64,000 bases of DNA from contig JAVBNM010000003.1 of assembly GCA_031551565.1 (NCBI GenBank), positions 36,473 to 100,472 on the forward strand, given 5' to 3'. The notes beneath the pieces were generated by a model. The model did no database searches. It saw only the letters and a program-made list of their open reading frames with translations, and was not told the origin of the DNA. Numbering within the stretch: the stretch's first letter is position 1; each line of letters starts with the position of its first letter. Position numbers and translations under genes: made by a program. Positions 56,956 through 64,000 of the stretch are shown one piece after another. The stretch comes from Desulfovibrionaceae bacterium (GTDB lineage Bacteria; Desulfobacterota; Desulfovibrionia; Desulfovibrionales; Desulfovibrionaceae).

Positions 56956-59900
56956 TTGAATTTTTCCGAACTTGTGAATTTATTGGCGGACCGCAAGGCC
57001 GGGGCCGTTTCTCTGGACCGCTCCGGGCCCGGAACCGTGGCCAGGCTGGCCGCGGCTCTCATGGAGCGGGGCCGTGGCGTGGTCGTTGTGGCCAAAAATC
57101 AGGGCGAGCTGCACGACCTTCGCTCGCTTCTGGCGTTGTTTAACTCGCGCGAGGACGAAAAAGGCGGCGGCTCGGGCGAGGACGGCGCGTGCCCGTTCAT
57201 CGTCATGCCTGAAAACCGTCCGGGCGTGGGCGGGAAGACCGGGGCGGCCGAGCAGATGGCCGCGCTGTTCGCCCTTGAGAACCGGCGCCGGGGGCAGGGC
57301 GTGCTGACGCTCCCCGGGGCTTTTCTGCTGCGCCAGCCTCCCCTGGATTTGTTCGCCGGCCACAGTCTGAGCTTGGTCAAGGGCATGGAGATGTCGCCGG
57401 AGCTCGTCCTTGAGCAGGCCGTGGACTGGGGCTACGCGCGCGCCGCCATGGTGAGCGTGCCCGGCGAGATCGCCATGCGCGGCGACATACTCGACGTGTT
57501 CTCGCCCGGTTTCGACAAGCCGGTGCGCCTGGAGTTTTTCGGAGATTTCCTGGAAGACCTGCGCCTTTTCGACCCCCTGTCCCAGAGGTCCACCGGGGAG
57601 CTGCGCGAGATGCACCTGCTTCCGGCCACGCCCGTGACGGTTGACGGGGCGCTGCGCAAGGAGGCCGAGGCCTGGTGGAAGCGGCTGGTCAAGGAGGGCA
57701 GGCTGACCTCCGCGCATCTTGCGGGATACAGGCACGCGCTCGACTCCGGCGGGAGCGGTCTTTTCGCCGGCACATACTACGAGCGGGCCTCAAACCTGGA
57801 GGACTGGCTGCCTGACGACCCGGTATATATACTGCCGGAGCGGGCCAGGCTGGAGGAGAGCCTTGACGAATGCCGGGCGGCGTTCGAGGCCTTCCTGGAG
57901 CGCGACGCCGAAACCAGGGGGCTCATCCAGCCCCATGATCTGGCCTTGCGCGGCGCGGACGAGGTGCTGGGACTCTTTGACGGCGTCTCGCGCGTTGTCA
58001 GGAACGATCTGGCGGTGGGCAACGTGCTGGCCCTTGGTGAATTCGGCGGACTGGCCGAACAGGCCGACCAGGGCGAAGCGGGCGGCGCCGGGGCTGAAAG
58101 CCCGGATCTTTCCGGTCCTTCGCGTTCCGGTTCCTCGCGCTCCCTTTTGCCCGTGGTCCTGCCGGAGCGCGGCTACGGCTCTTTCCAGGATCTTTTTCCG
58201 GACCCCAAATCCGGCGAGCGGCCCTGGCATCACCTGGTGTCTTTCATTAAATCCTGGCCGGCGCAGGTCGGGCGTCTGGTGTTGAGCTTCTCCAGCGAGC
58301 GCTCCCGCAAGAGGTTTTTGCAACTGGCCGGGCAGGACGGCATCCATCCGCGCACCGGCTTTTCAGAAGACAGCAAGGGGATTTTCGCCCTTGTCTCCGG
58401 TTTTAGGCGCGGGATTGAGCTTTCCTGGGAGAACACGCTGATTCTTGGCGAGGACGTCATCCAGCCCAGGGTGGAGCGGGCCGGGCGCGTTCCCAAGGGC
58501 GCGTTCCAGGGGCTTGACCGCTACGACGCCCTGCGCGAGGGCGATTACCTGGTACACCGCGATTACGGCGTGGCCCGGTTCGGCGGCCTTTTGAGCATGG
58601 ATCTCGGCGGCGCGCGAAACGATTACCTGCTGCTCTATTACGCCGGGGAGGACAAGCTCTACCTTCCGGTCGACCGCCTTTCGCTCATCCAGCGCTTCAA
58701 GGGCGGGGAGGGCGTCGCGCCCGCTCCGGACAAGCTGGGCGGCACGGCCTGGATCGGCAGCAAGGAAAAGGCCAAAAAGGCCATTGAGCGGATCGCGGCC
58801 GATCTGGTCGAGATGTACGCCCTGCGCAAGGTGGTCAAGGGCTTCTCCTATCTGCCGGTAGGCGAGATGTACCGCGAGTTTGAGGCCTCTTTCGGCTTTG
58901 AGGAGACGCCCGACCAGGCCAGGGCGATCGAGGACGTGCTGGCCGACATGGAAAAGCCGGAGCCGATGGACCGCCTGGTCTGCGGCGACGTGGGATTCGG
59001 CAAGACCGAGGTGGCCCTTCGGGCCGCTTTCCGGGCCGCGGCCGAGGGCCGCCAGGTGGCCATGCTCTGCCCGACGACCATCCTGGCCGAGCAGCATTAC
59101 CAGACTTTCCGCACCCGCCTGGCCGGTTTCGCGGTCAACGTGGGGATGCTGTCGCGCTTCGTTTCCAAGGCAAAGCAGAAGGAAACGCTGGAACTGACCG
59201 CGAAAGGGCAGATAGACATCCTGATCGGCACCCACCGCATTCTCTCCAAGGACGTGGTCACGCCCAACCTCGGCCTGCTCATCCTGGACGAGGAGCAGCG
59301 CTTCGGGGTCAGGCACAAGGAACGCCTCAAGGAAATGCGCAAGAACGTGGACGTGCTGACGCTGACAGCCACCCCGATCCCGCGCACCCTGCAGCTTTCC
59401 CTGTCCGGCATCCGGGAGCTTTCGGTCATCGAAACCCCGCCGCCGGAACGAAAACCGGTGGCCACAGCCCTGCTCGAGCGCGACGACGCCACTCTGAAAT
59501 CGATCGTCGAGCGCGAGCTGGCCCGCAAAGGCCAGGTCTTCTGGGTCTACAACCGGGTCCAAGGCCTTGAGCGGGTCGTCGAATACGTCAAAAAGCTTGC
59601 GCCCGAGGCCAGGGTGGGCATGGCGCACGGCCAGATGAGCGAGCACGCCCTTGAGGAGTCGGTGCGCTCTTTCTGGCAGGGCGAGACGGACGTCCTTGTT
59701 TCAACCGCGATCATCGAATCCGGCCTTGATTTCCCGAGGGCCAACACCATGATCGTCGATCAGGCCCAGCTCTTCGGCCTGGGGCAGCTTTACCAGCTTC
59801 GGGGCAGGGTGGGGCGCTCGGACCGGCAGGCCTTCGCCATTTTTGTCACCCCGGACCCGGACCGCCTGCCGGACATCGCCCGCCAGCGCATGCGCATCAT

Positions 59901-60639
59901 CCTTGAGCTTGACTATCTCGGGGCCGGGTTCCAGATCGCCATGGAAGACCTGCGCCTGCGCGGGGCCGGCAATATCCTCGGCGAGAGCCAGACCGGCCAC
60001 ATGAACCGCATCGGCCTTGATCTCTTCCTTGAAATGCTCGAGGAGGCCGTGGCCAAAGTCAAGGGCGGCGAGACAAGCCCGCACGTCGAGACGGAAATGA
60101 CTATCGGCGTCCCGGCCTTTATTCCGGAAAGCTACATGCAGGACCGCCAGGAGCGCCTGCGCTATTACAAGCTGCTGTCCTCAAGCGCGGACGGGCAGGC
60201 CCAGGAAGAGGCCGAAGCCGAAATCCGCGACCGCTACGGTCCGTTCCCGGCGCAGCTTCGCAATTTCTCCGCCGTGCTGGCCTTCAAGCGCGTTCTGCCG
60301 GGTTACGGGGTACGCAAGGCGGACATCTTCGCCGACAAGGTCCGCCTGGCCTTCGCGGATAATTCGCCGATCGAGCCTGCCGCCCTGGTCGCCTATGTGG
60401 CCGCGCAAAAAACCGGGGGACGCGGCGTGCGTCTGACCCCGCCGGCAGTTCTTGAGCTGCCACTGTCTCTCCCCGGCGCTTCGCCTTGCGGTCCGCCGCC
60501 CGCCGCCGCCAGGCCCAAAGACGGCGAAAAGCGCAACGCTGACGCGGCCGTGTGCCTTAACTACGAAGAACCGCTTGAGGAGGCGCGCCTGGTCCTTGAG
60601 CGCCTTCTCGCCGACAGCCGTGTTTTGTCTGGACAATAA
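56956..60639 (+). CDS. mfd: Transcription-repair coupling factor
   Basis: UvrB-homology region, RID VHRDYGVARF, CGDVGFGKTEV, DEEQRFG, TATPIPRTL, QLRGRVGRS, DLRLRGAGNILGE.Q.G, TRCF domain. Confidence 0.97.
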   Translation: MNFSELVNLLADRKAGAVSLDRSGPGTVARLAAALMERGRGVVVVAKNQGELHDLRSLLALFNSREDEKGGGSGEDGACPFIVMPENRPGVGGKTGAAEQMAALFALENRRRGQGVLTLPGAFLLRQPPLDLFAGHSLSLVKGMEMSPELVLEQAVDWGYARAAMVSVPGEIAMRGDILDVFSPGFDKPVRLEFFGDFLEDLRLFDPLSQRSTGELREMHLLPATPVTVDGALRKEAEAWWKRLVKEGRLTSAHLAGYRHALDSGGSGLFAGTYYERASNLEDWLPDDPVYILPERARLEESLDECRAAFEAFLERDAETRGLIQPHDLALRGADEVLGLFDGVSRVVRNDLAVGNVLALGEFGGLAEQADQGEAGGAGAESPDLSGPSRSGSSRSLLPVVLPERGYGSFQDLFPDPKSGERPWHHLVSFIKSWPAQVGRLVLSFSSERSRKRFLQLAGQDGIHPRTGFSEDSKGIFALVSGFRRGIELSWENTLILGEDVIQPRVERAGRVPKGAFQGLDRYDALREGDYLVHRDYGVARFGGLLSMDLGGARNDYLLLYYAGEDKLYLPVDRLSLIQRFKGGEGVAPAPDKLGGTAWIGSKEKAKKAIERIAADLVEMYALRKVVKGFSYLPVGEMYREFEASFGFEETPDQARAIEDVLADMEKPEPMDRLVCGDVGFGKTEVALRAAFRAAAEGRQVAMLCPTTILAEQHYQTFRTRLAGFAVNVGMLSRFVSKAKQKETLELTAKGQIDILIGTHRILSKDVVTPNLGLLILDEEQRFGVRHKERLKEMRKNVDVLTLTATPIPRTLQLSLSGIRELSVIETPPPERKPVATALLERDDATLKSIVERELARKGQVFWVYNRVQGLERVVEYVKKLAPEARVGMAHGQMSEHALEESVRSFWQGETDVLVSTAIIESGLDFPRANTMIVDQAQLFGLGQLYQLRGRVGRSDRQAFAIFVTPDPDRLPDIARQRMRIILELDYLGAGFQIAMEDLRLRGAGNILGESQTGHMNRIGLDLFLEMLEEAVAKVKGGETSPHVETEMTIGVPAFIPESYMQDRQERLRYYKLLSSSADGQAQEEAEAEIRDRYGPFPAQLRNFSAVLAFKRVLPGYGVRKADIFADKVRLAFADNSPIEPAALVAYVAAQKTGGRGVRLTPPAVLELPLSLPGASPCGPPPAAARPKDGEKRNADAAVCLNYEEPLEEARLVLERLLADSRVLSGQ

Positions 60640-60710
60640 CAGCGCCCTGGACGATACTTCCCACCAGGATTAAGAGCAGGCATCATAAATCTCGCATAAC
60701 AGAACGAAAT

Positions 60711-61685
60711 ATGAAATTTTTTTCAAAATCATTTTCTCCGTCATCCAGTGCGGCGCTCTTTCTTTTAGCCTTGCTACTTATCGTCATGTGCGTGTCCGGC
60801 TGCGAAAATCCAATCCTCAGGCCGGGCGAAGTGGCGCGGGTCAACGGGCGGACCATAACTTTCGCCCAGCTTGACGCCGTTCACGCCAGCCTTTTTTCCG
60901 GAAGCTCCAACCTGGCGCACAAAGTTGACGAGGATCAGTTGCGCCGCCAGTATAACTCGGCCCTTTTCCAGTTGATAGCCCAGGAACTGGTCTGCCAGTA
61001 TATGGACAAAAAGGGCGTCCGCGTCAGCGCCGAAGAACTTAAAGCCGCTGAAAATGTTGTAAGAAACGACTACCCGGCCGGAGAGTTTGAAGTCATGCTG
61101 GTCGAGGAAGCAATCAATATCGACAACTGGCGCGAACTGCTCTATCGGCGCATGATGGTCGAACTTTTCCACGCCCGGTTTCTCAGGCCGTCCATCACCA
61201 TTTCTCCGGACGATGTGCAGGCGTACTACCGTGAACACTCCGGTGACTTTCTTGTCCCTGAACAATGGAATTTCATCCAGATATCCGGACCGGACAAGGA
61301 ACTGGTAGAACAAGCCGCCGCGCAATATCTGGAATCCAAAGATCCGGCGCAGGTCGAACTTGGCGCATCCACCAGCATGCGCGACATCAGCATGGATCCG
61401 GAGCGCCTGCCCGAGGAAATCAGCGCCTCACTGCAAAAACTCAAGCCTTTGCAAGCCTCGCGCGTCCAGCGCCTGGACGCCGATTACTGCATCTTCATCT
61501 TGCTGAAAAAAACCCCGGCCTATATGCGCGAGGCCTCGGAAACATTCATTCTCGTCGAACAGGCCCTGGCCGAAGACAGACTGCACGAAGCCTATCTGGC
61601 CTGGCTTAAAGACGCCGTGTCGCGCGCCACGATACTGGTGGCCGACCCTCTTCTGCCCTTTGAGCCGGTGGGCCTTGACAAGTAG
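60711..61685 (+). CDS. SurA/PrsA-like chaperone lipoprotein
   Basis: Lipobox VSG-C; VARVNGRTIT; SurA-N-like helices. Confidence 0.8.
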   Translation: MKFFSKSFSPSSSAALFLLALLLIVMCVSGCENPILRPGEVARVNGRTITFAQLDAVHASLFSGSSNLAHKVDEDQLRRQYNSALFQLIAQELVCQYMDKKGVRVSAEELKAAENVVRNDYPAGEFEVMLVEEAINIDNWRELLYRRMMVELFHARFLRPSITISPDDVQAYYREHSGDFLVPEQWNFIQISGPDKELVEQAAAQYLESKDPAQVELGASTSMRDISMDPERLPEEISASLQKLKPLQASRVQRLDADYCIFILLKKTPAYMREASETFILVEQALAEDRLHEAYLAWLKDAVSRATILVADPLLPFEPVGLDK

Positions 61686-62056
61686 GGGACTGGCGGGCGG
61701 GTGTGGCCGGGAAGGCGAGCGAAATATGCGCGCCGCTCATTTCATGGCCATTTTTGGCCGTTGCATATTCAGAGGAAACGGTTTATTACTTCTCGAATTA
61801 TAACACGCTACCTGTTTGATCCGGAAATCTCATCGACAGCGCCCTTCCGAACGGCGTCCAGGATAGTCCCCGGCGCCTTCGCAAAACAGTGCGAACCTCA
61901 TAAAGCGTCCTTGCCAAAGGGCAATGGGGGCGGTGGTCTGGCGAAAGGGAACGCAGAGCCTGCGCCCATAGCTATCATGGCCGCCAAGCTGGTTCCCTTC
62001 CGTCAGGACGCCTGTCGGCCGGCCTGGTACTTATAAAATTGGAGTTTTTGCTGGTT

Positions 62057-62980
62057 ATGTTCAGGAAAATATTCATTGCCTCGTTGCTTTTGCTTTTGTT
62101 CGCCCTGCCGGCGAAGGCGGCTGAGATGACCATCAACAAGATTGCCGCTGTGGTCAACGGCGAGATCATCACTTTGCATGATTTGCGTATGCGCACGGCC
62201 ATGGAGCTGTCCAGGCGCGGACTGCCGCTTGACGATCCCAGAGCCGGCGAGCTTATGCGCCAGGTGCTGGACGCCATGATCAGCGACATTCTTTTGCGCC
62301 ACGAGGCGGAGCGCTTCAAGGTGACCGTGAGCGATGCCGATGTTGAGAATGAAATAGAGAAGATGGTCGAGCGCAGCAAGGTCACGCGCCAGGCCTTCGA
62401 GCTTCAGGTGAAGAAACAGGGCAGCGACATGGAGCTTTTGCGCGAGAATATCCATAACGGGCTGTTGCGCCAGAAGATGATCAACTTCATGATCGCGCGC
62501 AAGGTTGTCGTCACCGACGATGAGGTCAAAAAATACTACGACGATAATCCCGGTGAATTTTCCGGGCAGAAGACGGTTGATATATCCTTGATTGTCTTTG
62601 CGCAAAATGTGAAGGCCGAGGGTATCTACAAAAAGATAAAGTCCGGCGAACTGTCCTTTGAAGCGGCGGTCAAGAGTTATTCGATTGACAAGTCCTCCGA
62701 GATTGATGGCAGGATAAGCAGCATTCCGTGGGATGCCCTTACGCCGGACATGCGCACGGCCATTGACGCCCTGTCGCCGGGAGACGTTTCAAATCTCTTG
62801 CGTATGGGCGACAACAGCATCCTGGTGCGCCTGAATGCCGTTGACGAAGGCAGGCCTGTTACTTTTGAAGAGGCCCGCCCCGGGATAGAGCAGAAATTGC
62901 GCGAACCAAAAATGCAGGAAAGATTTGTGGAATACAGCAATCAACTGCGCTCAAAGGCAGTGGTTGACGTCCGCATTTGA
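62057..62980 (+). CDS. SurA N-terminal domain / PpiC-type chaperone
   Basis: Signal peptide; INKIAAVVNGEIIT; SFEAAVKSYS; KAVVDVRI. Confidence 0.85.
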   Translation: MFRKIFIASLLLLLFALPAKAAEMTINKIAAVVNGEIITLHDLRMRTAMELSRRGLPLDDPRAGELMRQVLDAMISDILLRHEAERFKVTVSDADVENEIEKMVERSKVTRQAFELQVKKQGSDMELLRENIHNGLLRQKMINFMIARKVVVTDDEVKKYYDDNPGEFSGQKTVDISLIVFAQNVKAEGIYKKIKSGELSFEAAVKSYSIDKSSEIDGRISSIPWDALTPDMRTAIDALSPGDVSNLLRMGDNSILVRLNAVDEGRPVTFEEARPGIEQKLREPKMQERFVEYSNQLRSKAVVDVRI

Positions 62981-62999
62981 CGTCCTTTTGGAGGACTTC

Positions 63000-64000
63000 A
63001 TGACTTTTCAGGAGCTTGGAAACAGCCTTCGGGTCCGGCGGGAGGATCTGAAATTGAGCTTGGGCGATGTCGCGGCCAAGCTCAAGCTGGGCGGGCGGGT
63101 ATTGCGCGGCATTGAGGACGGCGATTTGTCCGCGCTGCCGCACACTGTATACACCAAGTCTTTCATCAGGGCCTATGCCAGGATGCTGGGACTTGACGTT
63201 ACGGAAATATCAAGAGAACTCGACACGATCTTCCCACCTGAAACACACGAGGAAGCCAAGCCCGAGGTTGCCTCCTCGCTTCCGCATTTCGGAAAGAGAC
63301 GCGTGCCCCTCAAGGGAATTATCGCCCTGGCGGCCATCGTTGCCGTCCTGGCGGTCATTGGCGCCGCGACCTGGTTTGTGGTCACGCGTTACGGCGACGA
63401 TATCGCTGATATTGTGCGTAAGCCGTTCTCCGCCAAAACCGGGGATGACACCACCGCCGAACCGCTTTATCCAAACAAATTGGCTGCGGAAAACGGAGAA
63501 GTGCCGACCTCTCCCGCAATGCCTTTAGCGGACCGCTCCGTCGAAGATTTTTCCGGCACGGGCCTGGCTCAAAATAATGATTTGGCGGCCAGCAGGGCCG
63601 GAGCCGGGGAGTCCGGGCATTTATCGGCAGACTCTTTAACCACCGCCCCTGCACCGAACAGCCGGGATCCTGCCAGGGAAAGCTCCCCCGCTGCGGCCTC
63701 ATCGGCCCCCAACCAGGCCGCTTCTGAAAATCAGTCAGCGGCTGATTCGTCCCGGCAGGACACTGCCGCCGCCAGCGACAAGGTAGTCCTCCTTTCGGCC
63801 AGCGGAGAATGCTGGGTTGAGGCCAAGGCAGATGGCGCCGTTCAGGGAAAACGTTTCACCATCTATCCGGGCGAAAGCCAGTCTCTGTCCTTTGACCGCT
63901 CAATCGAACTCGTTCTCGGAAACGCAGGCGGCGTGACGATCACCCACGGCGGCACGACCCTTTCCCCGGCAGGCAAAGACGGTGAGCGCAAAGTGCTGAG
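63000..64000 (+). CDS. rodZ: RodZ-like HTH/transmembrane/DUF4115 protein (3' truncated)
   Basis: Read by hand, absent from the ORF track: MTFQELGNSLRVRREDLKLSLGDVAAKLK...IEDGD...YTKSFIRAYARMLGL, a TM helix, then ECWVEAKADG and LGNAGGV; runs off the window end. Confidence 0.88.
   Translation, partial: MTFQELGNSLRVRREDLKLSLGDVAAKLKLGGRVLRGIEDGDLSALPHTVYTKSFIRAYARMLGLDVTEISRELDTIFPPETHEEAKPEVASSLPHFGKRRVPLKGIIALAAIVAVLAVIGAATWFVVTRYGDDIADIVRKPFSAKTGDDTTAEPLYPNKLAAENGEVPTSPAMPLADRSVEDFSGTGLAQNNDLAASRAGAGESGHLSADSLTTAPAPNSRDPARESSPAAASSAPNQAASENQSAADSSRQDTAAASDKVVLLSASGECWVEAKADGAVQGKRFTIYPGESQSLSFDRSIELVLGNAGGVTITHGGTTLSPAGKDGERKVL

Noticed and set aside
155-63702. Many long antisense or alternate-frame ORFs in the track (e.g. 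155-835, 3151-3837, 19599-20369, 30292-31140, 31572-32486, 36061-36930, 58363-59646)
   Set aside because: They shadow well-supported genes and are expected in high-GC DNA; no motifs or SDs.

Overview
A core-genome region of a GC-rich sulfate-reducer-like deltaproteobacterium (Desulfovibrionaceae-like, inferred from the porin C-terminus, FliS, LptF/G and the bio operator style). It has about 50 CDSs: purT, a GT9 heptosyltransferase, gmhB, dedA, an M16 peptidase, mtnP-apt, a GGDEF protein, a PFK-2/FBPase-2 homologue, a CNNM/HlyC protein, fliS, an ABC transporter, an MCP, panB, cobU, birA/bioB/bioD-bioA/SSS transporter, glyQ-glyS, uppP, lptF/G, an HlyD protein, priA, cheW, mfd, two SurA-like proteins and a partial rodZ. 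There is one tRNA-Leu(TAA). I found no IS, prophage, integrase or CRISPR array. The best candidate for an undescribed system is a non-coding unit at ~11830-12015: a sigma-54 promoter, four hairpins carrying five poly-C runs, and an intrinsic terminator. Second is a BirA-controlled biotin operon with a BioD-BioA fusion, no bioF, and a sodium:solute symporter. All product calls come from recognising motifs by eye; no database searches were run.
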